From positions 36,175-100,174 of the forward strand of contig JBLDXI010000075.1 of assembly GCA_047495785.1 (NCBI GenBank): 64,000 nt of DNA, read 5' to 3'. The position numbers were made by a program, and so were the translations under genes. The stretch is from Lepidodermella squamata (taxonomy: Eukaryota > Animalia > Gastrotricha). Below the pieces are notes generated by a model. It was not told where the DNA came from, did not search any database, and saw nothing but the letters and a program-made list of their open reading frames with translations. Every line of letters starts with the position of its first letter. Within the stretch, counting starts at the first letter, position 1. Positions 11,401-23,952 of the stretch are shown here, piece by piece.

Positions 11401-14064
11401 ATCCATGCAAAAGCCAACGCAGCACACCCAAGATCCATTGTTATGAATTTGTTGTTGTAGGGTTGATGACGAAGTTGGGCTTACGAAAGTGTAGGACGTA
11501 ACAGCTCGGGGTTTTCCTGTCTCATTACTGTAACAAGGTCATTGGGGGTCATTTTCCTAGGTAACTCGGTATACTGACCTGTAAGTTCCAACCTCGCCTT
11601 GAAGAACCAGTGTCATAGTGGCGTTTAATTCGGTTTTGCTAACAATAACTGGGGACAATCGGCAAGGAACAGCCGTCCGAGGGCAAACCCCACTGATGGG
11701 GTCCGGAGGCTCATACACCACATACTGAAGAGATTAGCAAAATGATTGAAGAAAGAATAAGAAAAGGTGACAATTACCGGAGGCTCTTCTAGAGTGGCGA
11801 TTTTCAAGATTGTAGCATCAGGCCTGCCAGAAGGTGGTTTACCCGGGCCAGCTGGCCAAGTGATATCGTCCATTAGAAGCCCTAATTCTCGCGTCCACTC
11901 GCCAATCTTCTTCCACTGCCGATTTGGATCGAGATTGAGCACAGTAACTGCTCCCAGATCGGTCAATCCACTGTCGTCGAACTTCGAACTCACTTGGTCA
12001 AACATTTTCACTGGAGTCCTTTTGATCAGTCTGTACACAAGTTGGAAAACTGTTAGCATAAGTCTTGAACAGTGGATGAAGTAGGATCCTCGAGGTGGGG
12101 GAACGTGTGGGTATTTTCAGCCCAGAATTTATCTAACCAAAAGGTCTCCCTGTGGTTTTTTGGGTTTTTTTTAGCAGGAACTCTCGAGGAGTACGGTACC
12201 CCTAAAGTCCGGTACTTCGCACACTGGTCTTGAAAAAGAAGGTTGGAGTGAATAAGTGTGAACTGTTTGCAAAATATGGCATTTTCTGTTAAGATTAGAG
12301 GGAAATACCGTTAGACAACCTCAATAGGTAGCGTGGCCGAGTGGTCTAAGGCGCTAGATTTAGGCTCTAGTCTCTTCGGAGGCGTGGGTTCGAACCCCAC
12401 CGATGCCATCATTTTTGCTGGGAATGTCCTTATTGCTGTTGCGCTTTTAATGGACCTAATTATGAAATAGCCAAAACTAATGGCAGCGGTGGGGTTCGAA
12501 CCCACGCCTCCGAAGAGACTAGAGCCTAAATCTAGCGCCTTAGACCACTCGGCCACGCTACCTATTGAGGTTGTCTAACGGTATTTCCCTCTAATCTTCA
12601 AAGTGCCCCATGTTCCACATCTAACCGTTAGAACACACGGGTTCGTACATCAAGCGCACTGTTCGAAGTTCGATCCTTTCCATAATTGAGAATTCCATGT
12701 AGGTAAACTCTAAAACCCTATTTCAATTCACTTTTGACCTAAAATCTCCTCTACATCCCGAGAAAGGGCTATCCTAAAAATCGCAACTTCTCTCTCCGTG
12801 AACGACCCCACTTAGAAAGGACTTACTTATGAAATGTTTCGCCCCATCTCCATTTCTTTAGCGCCGAGCCATCGCACGGTATGCGCGGCGCAACTCGATC
12901 GATCGTAATATTCGGCATCTGTACAAACTTCTCCATCGCATCCGACCACAACTTGGTCGCCGCTTTCAAAGCTTCATGCTGAACAGCCAGCGTTGTATTG
13001 TACGTAATCGCTATCGTACCAGGTATAAAATTCATCGATGGCGTCGACCGTTCGCCAGAATCGCCGAGAACTGGCTTGGCACATATCCATAAATACTCGC
13101 CGCTTGTCATTCCCAACATTCGAGCCTCCTCGAAAATATCGTTCGAAGCGCCATGGTCTGCGAATAGCACGACAATACGGGTGTCAGTGCTGTCGCGAAG
13201 GTCCATCAACTCGCCCCGTATGACGTCACGTGACGAATTGGCTAATTTTACCACGCGAATGATACGCGATGACATATGCGATTGGTGCGAATCGAACGAA
13301 AATCGAGTGTACCGATTATCCTCAGAATTGACAAGGTCGCGCAGTTCATTGATAAAGTACTCATTCCCGGCAGTTTGGCTCGAAACCAGGATTGAAAACC
13401 GCCGCCATTGATATGTTGATAGAAACGCGAAAATTGCATTGGCTTGCGCTCGAGTGGGCGGAGCGATCAAAAATCGGTAATTCGTCGCGCTATTCGTTGA
13501 GGAGTCTTCAATTTCGTTCGACAAGCTCGACCAGGCAATTGTCGGTATCCCAGCTGTATCGGCTAGGGTTGTTATGAAATTAGCGATTCGAGTCCCGTCA
13601 TCGCTTTGAATTGACTTATCGACCAGAATGAACATTGCATTGATACCCTCGGCGGCTCTTGAGCAGAATAAGTTTTGAGTCAGCTCGCCTAGGGACACTC
13701 CATTTGCGTAGACCGGGTTAACCCGAAGCCGGTAAGGTACCGATGGGTAATTGGTTTGCTTCCGAGTGGTTGATGTTGATGAGGTGAAATTTGCAGTTGA
13801 TGACGTTGGGGATACTTTGTTCATGGTGGAAGATGTTGAACCTTTGCCAGCTGTAGTTCGTCTCGCTTGGTTGACTGCGAGAAATTGGCGCAGTTGTTCA
13901 CGCGTTTTTGAGTCCGTCAACGATTGGCTGGGCAAGACGAAGCCTATTGTCACGGTGACAGGCTGGCCTTGAGTCTGGGCTATAGCTGCTTGTTGATGGA
14001 GCGGCATTTGAGCAGTGGTGGCAGTGATGAGCGTCGAAATTGTCAAAACCGTTGATAGCTTCAT
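8413..14064 (-). CDS. NMDA-type ionotropic glutamate receptor subunit, GluN2/Nmdar2-like (multi-exon)
   Basis: Signal peptide, ATD, S1 ([21 protein letters not shown]), M1-M4, S2 ([23 protein letters not shown]), C-terminal PDZ ligand ETNL; intron 1 is 12031-12826. Confidence 0.92.
12327..12408 (+). tRNA. tRNA-Leu(TAG) with one acceptor-stem mismatch
   Basis: GGTAGCGTGGCCGAGTGG...TTTAGGC...long variable arm...GGTTCGAACCCCACCGATGCCA. Confidence 0.85.
12481..12562 (-). tRNA. tRNA-Leu(TAG)
   Basis: Inverted copy of the gene at 12327 with an intact acceptor stem. Confidence 0.93.
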
Positions 14065-16554
14065 CGCTGAGTCGAAATTCGAGTGTAGAGCGATATTTGA
14101 AGTTCTATCATGAAATGTGTAACATTCTAGCCCATTCATAAAATAATCATCGAAATCAAAAAAGTAAAATCGAACATAGGCACAGGGAAGATCGCAAAAG
14201 CGGTGTCACGTGTAATAAAGGGAGGATTGGGTCATCCCCCATTCCTAACACAATTTCTACTACGAATCCGGAAATTTTAGAATTTAATTTAATTTAATCA
14301 ATCAATTCTAAGAACTGTACGTTGTTAAACAATCGATTAATTTGAAAAAAAACCAAGATTGGTGATTGTTGGATTTTTGGAATGATGCGAGGACATCATA
14401 ATAATCATGAATTATTCGTTCGCCCAAAAATTCATTCTCAAAATGTTCGGCAGTTTCATAATTAATCCCAACAATTTAAATAAAATTCCTTGAATTTGTT
14501 GGCGAGAAGGCTTCCTCATGACGTCGATAACAAGGCATTAGTTGAATATTATTTGAAAAATTATTCGCAAAATTACGTTATAAATATTTCGCGTGCGATA
14601 TTATGTTAAAATAGTAATGTTTAAGTAGGTCATCTCCAGGAAAATTCTGTTCCGCTAAAAAAATCAGTTAAAATTAAGACAGAGAAATAATTAAATAAAT
14701 TTAAATTAAGTTTAAAATTTATAAATTTCCTTATAAATTTGTCAAAAAATTGTGCACCCCAGCCTAAGAGTGATTAGTTTCCTCAACGGTTTTTAAACTA
14801 ACTAACTACTTGAGTTGGAGAGTGAAAATTATCGCACCTGTTCGAGCGGGATGGGTATGTATTATCGGCTCGCTAAATAGTGTGAAAATCCAGGATCCAC
14901 GCATAGGTATTATATCACTGTCCACATGATGCCGCGCATTTAAATGTGACTCGGCCGCAAGTGGCCGCTGCCGCGCATTGCGCACGTGAGAATGCGGTCG
15001 AATTTCAAAATCACCGCACAAACACAACGGCAAAAGCCATCATCTGCGCGCGCGCGCCAATCAATGCGGTAGTCATCATCGTGCTTAAACTGGAATACAT
15101 ACCGCATTGTTGTTCTATCACAGAGCACTTTTCATCGGCGTAAAATTTTTTACCAATTATTTTGCATTCAGGTATTATTAATTCATATTTGCCCATCAAT
15201 AACAATAACAGAGGGTAAAATTTTAATTCTATTGTTGGCTGCTGGCCATATAATATTAAAACTGGAAGATAAAACTCACAATAAATATTTCGAAAAAACT
15301 TTACAGTAGAAAACAAGCATTATTACAATAGGCGACGATAATAGATCGAAAAATGCGCACGAGTACAGATTTCAAATCCCGTGAGATTGATTTGCAAACC
15401 GTGGATCAAGAATAGCCATAAATAATGCTAAATGATAATCAATAGTAATAATCATATGCATCTGTATTACGAAGAGGAATGTTTTTTGTGTTCAATAAAC
15501 TATAGTAAATTCGAAAAGAACAAAGAACAATTGAGACTGTATTCAGCATCGTAATTAAGAAAAATATCGAAAAATTGAGAAGCAATTCGTCACAATTTTT
15601 TGTTTGCCAAAATAATTGCCTTGAAAATTTGATCAAGGTGGAAAACCTTCACTACAAAGAGTGAAAAAGGAATTTATTTGGTTAATTGTAAATTAAATAA
15701 ATGATTGGAATGTTATTGAGTTATAAAGCAAGTGAACATTTGCGGAAATGCGTTGACAATATAACTATGAGCGCGATTTTGGTGTCGACTTTGTTGACTG
15801 ACGATATGTATAACAATGATGAGGATGACAATAATTGCCATGATTGGCAAGGCATACACGGATCCTGTTCGTATACTTGTATGTATATATCAGAGGCCAA
15901 TTTTCATACATTATCGTCAAGTTTATTTCTGAAAATGACGCGCGCAATTTTAGCGGAATAATTATTTGCGGCGACACCAGGCGCGCGCGCGCGCGCGCAT
16001 TAAGGCGGTAGCAGTAATAAATATAGCAATAAGAATAAATCATGTGAAAAGCGCGCACACTTTGCATTTGATATATTATTATTGTAGATAATTTTATATT
16101 ATGGCACTGATGACAAGTGCGCGCGACTTATCGCCGCGCTCGCCCAGTCACCATGCGAGGCCACTTCATTTCGGCAGCTCCCGCAGCCATGAACGCCCTT
16201 TATATTGTGGTAATCCGCGAGTAATAAAATAGTCTTTATTATTGTAAACATTGGTAATCCCTATTTAAATGATATTTATAAGCGAATAGCAAATTCATGA
16301 TCATAATATTAATATAATTGCGAAAAAATCGATTCTTTCATTCTTTGATCACATGATTATTTCTCGATATCTGTCTGAGATTCTGAGTTCATAGTCCCTT
16401 GGAGCTTGAAGAGTAAAAGATTTTCAAGTGAAATGCTGACATATAGGAAAGCAGGAAACTCGGAATCTGGAACAGCTGCATGATCCTATCCTTGATTTAC
16501 TGCTCAGAGCTGTTCACATTATAACCTCTGAAAATCAGATATATATGCAGCCGA

Positions 16555-16627
16555 GACTCCGTAGCTCAATTGGCAGAGCGTCTGACTCCAGATCAGAAGG
16601 TTGCGTGTTCAAGTCACGTCGGGGTCA
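16555..16627 (+). tRNA. tRNA-Trp(CCA)
   Basis: GACTCCGTAGCTCAATTGG...CTCCAGA...GTTCAAGTC...CGGGGTCA followed by TTTTT. Confidence 0.93.
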
Positions 16628-17448
16628 AACATTTTTGTCAATTTCTACAAGAGGTTTTTTTTATCAAGATGTCGACTTATGTGTGCCAAAATGATTCATC
16701 AAGAGTTTTTGCTTTTTTGGTCACTTGACCAGTTCTCCACTAGTCAAGAGCTTTATAAGAAGTACGGCGTCTGACAGTTGATTCAGGGCTTCTATTTCAA
16801 CCCAATTGACCTGTTCTTCAATTTCGACGGGGAAAATAGGGAAAATATAGGTCCAACCTTCAGCTCGGCGCTCCTTTAATTCAAATTTCCGGCCCCAATG
16901 CTACGCTCAAATAGGTGCGGCAAGAGTCGAAGCCCGACCTTGATCATCAAATAACAGCAAGCCGAAAACTTATACCGGCGTCCGTTGGCGCTGGATGGTT
17001 TTTCAGTGCGGCCCGAAAAGTGAACTGTACATGTAAAATGTAAAATTGATTGTCTAAATCTGACTGATTTTTCTGCCACGATCGTGGTTTATACAAAATT
17101 GACATGGTCTGGTATCTACCGGAGCATAACATCAATGATTCAAGGAACTGCATTACTCGAAGTTGAATAGACAAAATGAGCCCAAGGTACTAAATCCGAA
17201 AAAACGAGTTAAGCCTTGATGCTGCTTGGTTGGTCGGTAAACGTGACACCCAACCTTCCTTTCAAACTAATAGGAATTAAGCTATTACGTTTATAAGCTC
17301 CAGTTACGTTTATTATTATATGCGCCGCGCGTGAATGGCTCACTCCTTACGTAATAATACAGCGGTACTTCATCTCCATCGGATTTCTGAACAAATACGG
17401 CTCTCAAAATTGCTCTCAGGGCAGCTGTAGCTTAATTCTTCTTAGGTA

Positions 17449-18061
17449 GGGTGGCTGTTTCTACTGTAGAAGCCTTTTTGGGTCCATGTTTAAACGTATA
17501 AACTGTGTAAACTGATATGATATAGAAACTGGGTGCCAAAGACACCGATTTCATTTCCTTTTTATTCATAGCATAGTTTCGGCCCCACACAGTGTTAACA
17601 GTGGTGGCCTAGATCGTTCATCTGGGCTTTTAAAAGTCTATGTCCACAACGTTATGGATTTTATTGCATTGCGGTCGCTCGGCTCCTCGTGCGATGTGTC
17701 GGAATCTTGACGAATTTTGACCGGATTTGTGGAGTGCCTCTTCCAGCCACTACTATTTTATACAGATAGGTCATCTCGCCGACAAACCTCCGTTTTGTTA
17801 GGGGTTGCAGGGTCACACCATTGCCGTAACGAAGCGTTGTTGCACGGCCTCAAGTCGTTGTAGCATCGCTTCGCTGGCTGCGAACGTGTAGGCCTCCTGT
17901 ATAGATACATCAGCGTGAGGGTGATTCCTAAAACTCCAGTACTAAAGCCATGCTACCCAGCCTTGTTGTCACCCAGTTTCTACATCAAGTATAAACATAT
18001 TTATGTAGTTTATACGTGTACCCTTCAACCCAAGAAGATTTCTACAGTAGAACAGCCACCA
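17449..18061. mobile_element. MITE-like non-autonomous DNA transposon (Tc1/mariner-like)
   Basis: Imperfect TIRs of about 90 bp (gggtggctgtttctactgtagaa... / ...ttctacagtagaacagccacca), with TA on both flanks. Confidence 0.6.
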
Positions 18062-18506
18062 TACATTTTTCATGTAACCAACGTCTTTTTCACATAATCA
18101 CGTGGAATCTGATTCACGTTTTGAGTATGTATCACGTTTACGGACCAGCTAAGCGGAGAGAAAGTTTAAGAGCAATTTCATCGTTTTTTATCATTTCGTG
18201 TTGGCGAGGCGCATTACAACAATTTGAACGACGGGGAGAGCGAGAAGTTAAGTAGATTCCGTTACGAGCGAACTGAAAGCCAGAATTTCGCGAATGAAGG
18301 CCCTCATTTTAGACTTATCACGGGCTGTCTCTTCAAACCCTTTTGGCCTGCTTAACGTTCTCTGTCAGCCCTTGGGTGGGGTCCATAAGTATACTCTCTT
18401 GACTGAGTTTCCATCATTCATTCTGAGTTCATTCCCAATTATTGTTTAGCCTGATTAATTTACTAATAATTTCATCTGGTTAAATATCTCTGATCGGCGT
18501 AGCATC

Positions 18507-19545
18507 ATGGCGAAACTGCACCTGGCCGTATTTCTAGCGATTATCTGTCAAACATTAGCAATCAGTAAGGCACTTACAACAATGATACTTGTAGGAGAGG
18601 TACCCTAGTAAATACTCCAGATCACTCGCTTACTTTCAAGCTTAACTTGAGGATATAGAGTTTGGCCAGTGAATATTTAATAGACTACCTCATTAATCCA
18701 AATCTTGATCAAGAGTTCTCACGAATGCCCTGGAATTGGGTGCCTTTTCTTCCTGCTTGAAGTAATCTTATTTTTTCAGAATCTCCTGAGCGTGAACTGG
18801 GAAAGTATCTGATTCGCACAGCTGAAGAACAGGGGACAGTAGGACGACCTGTCTCAGATGCGTAAGCTATGCTTGCAATTTCCTTGTAACAAGATGATTT
18901 CAGTCGATCCTAACGTAGTTCTGAAGCTGTCAACGTAACTTTGACGCTCTATTTGGTTAAAATCATCAGCTTCGATGATTCAACTTACCATGCAAAAATA
19001 GCATCGAAACAAATGATGACGTGGAATGACCCAGCTCTGACTTGGGATCCATCTCGTTTTGGAAAAGTTGATTCTATCATTCTACCGGCCAGGAAAGTTT
19101 GGACGCCTGATGTCACATTTGTCAACAAGTTAGTTTGCTTTATTTGACTGATAAATTTGATCCTAATAAGTCTATTAAAAATAGCTTCAATGGCGGAGCT
19201 GCTGATCAGAAGAACAATTTGTTGGATGCTGATGTATCGGTTTCCCCTGACGGATCTGTCATTTGGATGTCTCGTCTAAATCACGAAGTACCGTGCATGA
19301 AAATATCCATCAATATATATAACTGCACAATCAAAGCTGGCTCCTGGAATTACGATAATTCGCAGGTGGAGGTCAATTTTGCTGAAGGCATGAACAACGT
19401 TAACATGGATTTCATGGAACCTATTACTCCGGGAATGGAACTGTTTGAAACTTCTGCGACGTACGAAGATGCTGAGTTTGGCGGGCTCATTTATCGCACG
19501 TTCTCATTTACATTTCGGATCGGTGCATCTCATATCCGGGAATGA
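18507..19545 (+). CDS. AChBP-like protein (nAChR-type ligand-binding domain only, no channel helices)
   Basis: Signal peptide; introns 18565-18779, 18862-18918, 19129-19184; motifs RPV, WNDPALTWDP, VWTPDV, DGSVIW, C-x9-C, GSWNYD; stops after the ectodomain (alternative end 19648). Confidence 0.85.
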
Positions 19546-19826
19546 AAAAGTTCCAGGTTCCAACGGATTGAACATTTGTCGCCCCATTTCTGGTTTCGGC
19601 GGGAACCTCCTTATCTGGATGGTTTTTATATTTTACATTATTTTTTAGAATAAAAATACTTAGTAATTATAAGTAAACTAAATTCTAATTTCTATTTAAT
19701 AAAAGCTAAAACTGCAAAAAATTCGATTATGCCTGAAATTGGGCTGTTTACACAGACTGACATCAGCGAAGAATCATAAGCGCCAGTAAAATTGTGGAGG
19801 ATGGGCTCGTGATCTTTTTTCAACCC

Positions 19827-19898
19827 GGCCTAGTGGCCTAATGGTAAGGCGTCGGCCTCCGGAGCCGGAGATTGTGGGTTCGAGTCCCATCTGGGTCG
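19827..19898 (+). tRNA. tRNA-Arg(CCG)
   Basis: GGCCTAGTGGCCTAATGG...CTCCGGA...GGTTCGAGTCCC...GGGTCG followed by a T-run. Confidence 0.92.
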
Positions 19899-19969
19899 CT
19901 ACTTTTTCCCCTCCTTATTCACCGCACTGGCTCTTCTCGGAAAAGCAACGATTTGCCTCGCCATCAGCC

Positions 19970-20048
19970 GGCTTAGTAGATTAGTGGTGGAGCATCTGTC
20001 TTGTAAAAAGAAGGGCACGGGTTCGATGTTCGATCCCCGTCTGGACCT
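19970..20048 (+). pseudogene. tRNA-Thr(TGT) pseudogene
   Basis: CTTGTAA anticodon loop; duplicated GTTCGAT in the T-loop and stem mismatches. Confidence 0.75.
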
Positions 20049-20093
20049 CGGCTTCTCTTTTTCCCAATTGAAAAAATCAGTCTTCAATTATGC

Positions 20094-20713
20094 GATGCAT
20101 TTTAGGAATTACAGTAATGGACTATATTCCCAACATCGATATCAGACTATCAATGTGTGGCGGAATAATTGAAGTCGGTAGATTAATTGAAAAACAACGG
20201 CTTAATTACCTAGGACATATAATAAGGATGGAAACGTATGTCGATGATAAGGGTGACCCGATACCACCGGGGCCAGTATACGACCTTTACAGGTGGGTAG
20301 CGCCTAAGGAATGGCAGAGACCGGTGGGGAGACCTCGAACTAGGTGGCTAGATTCGGTAGAAAGAAGTCTGAGGAGAGTGGGTCTTACAACCGAAAATAT
20401 AATAAGGAAAAAACTGACGGGTCCCGTGGCAGACCTCGTAAAGATGGTAGCAATATAACCGAAATTATCGAAATAACTGTTGACTGGACATTGACCGAAA
20501 CAACTGCACTAGATCGAGACGAATGGCGTAAAATTGTCGAGGCTTTGGAAAATTTTGAATTTTACAACAAAAGCAAGATACTTTCGGACGTGGGGGCGGG
20601 TGACTGATTCGTTTGGTTTGATCTGCCTTCGCCTTCCTCAAAACCCGAAAGGGTATAGGCACTCAGTCGCGGGGAAGACAAACAAATAAATCATTTTCAT
20701 TTTCATTTCATTT
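20094..20713 (+). mobile_element. 5'-truncated RTE-like LINE insertion
   Basis: RTE C-terminal motifs RLNYLGHIIRM, RPVGRPRTRWLD, ALDRDEWR; CATTT(T) repeat tail; 17-bp TSD tcagtcttcaattatgc at 20077-20093 and 20714-20730. Confidence 0.9.
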
Positions 20714-20761
20714 TCAGTCTTCAATTATGCCATAAGATTAGAATCGAGGGTGACCACAAGC

Positions 20762-20835
20762 GCCTCCTTGGCTCAGTTGGCTAGAGCGCCAGTCTCATAA
20801 TCTGGAGGTCGTGAGTTCGATCCTCACAGGGGGCA
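20762..20835 (+). tRNA. tRNA-Met(CAT), elongator type
   Basis: Full cloverleaf, CTCATAA loop, downstream TTTTT. Confidence 0.93.
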
Positions 20836-20999
20836 GCTTCCATTTTTATCAACCAAATAACTCGTATTTGGCGAGCAGATTCAACGATCAAACAGAAACA
20901 GAACGATCACAAAGTTTGCAATTTATTAGTAATAGTAAGCTGTTTTTATTAATAAAGGAATCACCGAATTAATTATTGGTCATTTCAGTTTAACCTTTC

Positions 21000-22043
21000 T
21001 CACTCGACTTTATTCGAGCTGCTGTCGTTATGAACATAGGTCTCGTTTCCTTCCCGTCCAGATTTCTTGTTGCCCCAGATTTTCGCAACCTCTTCTTTCG
21101 AACCTGCGTACTCTCCCAGCAGCCAGTCCATCGGAAAATGAGCGGCCCCATAATTGCAGTCGAAATGTAAGTGATGCAGGGTGTGATAATAATCCCCAGA
21201 CCCTGGATAGAGATGTCCGTCATGGCCTATCCAAGCACCCATTGCACAATCGACAATAACCGCAAGAGGGAGGGCAGGATGAACCCCAAGTGGAATGCAC
21301 ATCAACGCAGCGCTGTAGTACAAAGTCGACTCCACTGGGTGCATATTAGTCCCCGAAAACGCAGTGATGTTGTAAGACTTATGATGTAGAGAGTGAACAG
21401 CTTTGTACAGAAACTTCCCGACATCCGGGATACGGTCCGTTTTCCATGGATGCATGACCCTGTGGATGGCCCAGAAGTGGACAACCCTCCAGTGAGTCAA
21501 CGTCAAAACGAGTATTACGTGAAGAAGCGGCTTCTCCATCACGGATCTTACCATAGGAAACGCTCCGATTGAATAGCAATGACATATGACGATTTCAATG
21601 CAAGCTGCGAAAACTGATGAAATAGTTGTGTAGAACATGTCGTGCTTCATCTGTGCGAATGACGGGTACTTCTGAACAATCTTGAAGTTGAACAGCTTTT
21701 CTCGGAGGGGGCCAAAGTAGAGCCAATAATCCCAGAATCCGCAGATGAGCCATGTTCCGATCAAGTTTCGAGCGACAATAGGCCACATCCACGATAGTTC
21801 GAAGGTCGCCCCACGACCAAAAGCAGGGTAGTTTTTGCCCTCATAGAAGTCGTAAATTAGGCTGAAGGCGATTAGAAAAGACCGGATCGCGGCTCCAGCG
21901 GCTGATATATGACCTGGTGCATTTAGAACAGGAGTTGCCTGCAGGACAGGTCGAAGCTCGGATCCTTTGAGCCTCAGTGTGCTGATGATGTGAGGGATTG
22001 GCCACAGCAGAGGCGTCACGAAAGAAGACAGCAATTCGGCCAT
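21000..22043 (-). CDS. Fatty acid hydroxylase/sterol desaturase superfamily protein (intronless)
   Basis: His boxes HRVMH, HSLHH, HTLHH; MHPVE and CNYG motifs; hydrophobic helices. Confidence 0.9.
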   Translation of the reverse strand: MAELLSSFVTPLLWPIPHIISTLRLKGSELRPVLQATPVLNAPGHISAAGAAIRSFLIAFSLIYDFYEGKNYPAFGRGATFELSWMWPIVARNLIGTWLICGFWDYWLYFGPLREKLFNFKIVQKYPSFAQMKHDMFYTTISSVFAACIEIVICHCYSIGAFPMVRSVMEKPLLHVILVLTLTHWRVVHFWAIHRVMHPWKTDRIPDVGKFLYKAVHSLHHKSYNITAFSGTNMHPVESTLYYSAALMCIPLGVHPALPLAVIVDCAMGAWIGHDGHLYPGSGDYYHTLHHLHFDCNYGAAHFPMDWLLGEYAGSKEEVAKIWGNKKSGREGNETYVHNDSSSNKVE

Positions 22044-22611
22044 AGAGTTGCGTTGGAGTGGTAGAGTGGTAAAGGCTTATCTGATGAGCTGAGCAGTGGG
22101 ACCCAAAAAAGATACGATAAGTTTATCTGTTTCAAGCGACCCGAGCTGATAGCATTTGTTGCGAAACAAGCAAGGTTGCAGCTAGTGTCTGTTTTCTCCC
22201 CGCTTTTTCCATGATATCGCTGACGAGAAAAGGCTGGACGGAAACAACCTTTCGCGTAATTTTCAGGAAGCAGCATCGAGAAATTATGCACCAATACTGG
22301 ATGATCGAAACAAAAATCACCTTCCGTTGGCGTGCTGCCAACCTTTTGCTGCAGTTCAGATTTTAAATTTTACCATGCATCGATTTGAGGCCATGAGTCT
22401 CCCAATATAACTGGACGAACATGAAAGAATAGCAACGAAAAAATACGATCAACCTTATACTAGGCTTAACTCATAGCGCCTAACATGATCGCTTTATTAC
22501 CCTGTTTGCTATTACCCTGGTCGACCAGACCGCGATGTGGTCGCTTTCGGACTTGAGTCATAACATAGACACGGGTATTTACATTTAAACTAATTATTTC
22601 TATACAAATGA

Positions 22612-22900
22612 TTATTTATAATTTTGCATGAGTCTTATCGTTGAAATGATGATGTCGCACATGAGTGAGTGCGGTAGTTCGAGACGTTTGGCGAAGTCGC
22701 GGAAGAACTTGGTGATGGTACCACGGACTCCAACGAAGAGACCGATTACTTCGAGGGAAGTTAAATTGTATTTTTCCTTGAAGTAGTCTGTGCAAGCCTC
22801 GCAGTGTGCCCGTTTTTCTTTGTCGACTTCCAGGGCTTGATCTGGGCTTTTTTCGAAGCGGATGGCAGGGTCCAAGATCCACCCTTCTCTCGTGTTTTTA
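22612..22900 (-). mobile_element. Fragment of a restriction-like-endonuclease non-LTR retrotransposon (R2 superfamily C-terminus)
   Basis: ILDPAIRFE...EK...KY.L..LEVIGLFVGVRG resembles the RLE domain end; 5' boundary approximate. Confidence 0.6.
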
Positions 22901-23952
22901 GTCTTCGTGTTTATATCAAATTCAATTTTCAAGTCGAAATTCCGAAATCGTTCTTCCCACCGTGAAAGGGTTAAGCCACTTTTATTGCCCGCCCTTTTGA
23001 TTTTTATGTAATTCTCCAATTTATTTTTCCGGGATTGACGAGAGAGACTACAGGCCCATCGCATCCTTGTCGACCAGAGCTGGACTTCGAAATCGAGTAA
23101 TCCGACATCGAGGTCAGGTCGAGCTGCGATGTGGTCGGAGTTCAGTCATAATGCGTTCAAACGCATTTTTTCAAACATAGGAATAAAAATTACCGCATAG
23201 TGGAACGTTTTGCCGCTTAGTGTACTGTATATTTTTGGAAAAAAACCGAAAAACTACGATCAGGGTTATACCAGAATGAACTCGCATAGCATAATCTAGT
23301 TGCTACTCTAGTGTTTTTTCGGCGGCGTCAGGTGAAATAGCCTGAATTAATACAACTTTTTCCTATTTTATTTCCTCTTTTATTAACGCTAAAACCACCT
23401 GAGTGACGATTGCGAGGTCATTAATACCACTCTCGGTGGATCATACATTTTTTCAGGTAGATGAGGCGAGGCAGATAGAAATCATTGAACTAGCGTTAGC
23501 GTACTGTACTAAAAAAAGTTAATGTTGCGCACTCAACAACTGAACTAATTTTTCCCTGAGCGCCGGTAATAAAAATCACCTGACAAAAATAAAATTGCAG
23601 AAAACACAGGCAAGGCTATAAAGGAATCAGTCGCTCAATCGCTGCATGTCCTAAATTAACCTCTCGCTCGCTTTTAAATGTACACCCCCCCTGCGCTGGT
23701 GCTGGGTGCGCGCTTTGCGAAAAAATCATTGAGGCATGTCGTTCAAACTTTTACAAATTTTCTATGTTCTCAGTTTAAATGGTATAATTTCCGTTCCGTG
23801 ATATGGACGTGGACCGGTGCCACTAGGCAAACCGGGTAATAGGTAATTGGTTTTGGGCCCCCATATTTCGCAACAACCTCGAAGGGTTTCTCGCAGATCG
23901 AAATGAGCTCGGAACGATTGGAGGCACTTTACGCGCCTGGGACTTCTTCGCT

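Noticed and set aside
16676-16775. Segment shared with about 59567-59680, near tRNA-Trp; considered as a tRNA-derived SINE
   Set aside because: The second copy has no tRNA head, tail or TSD; treated as a generic repeat fragment
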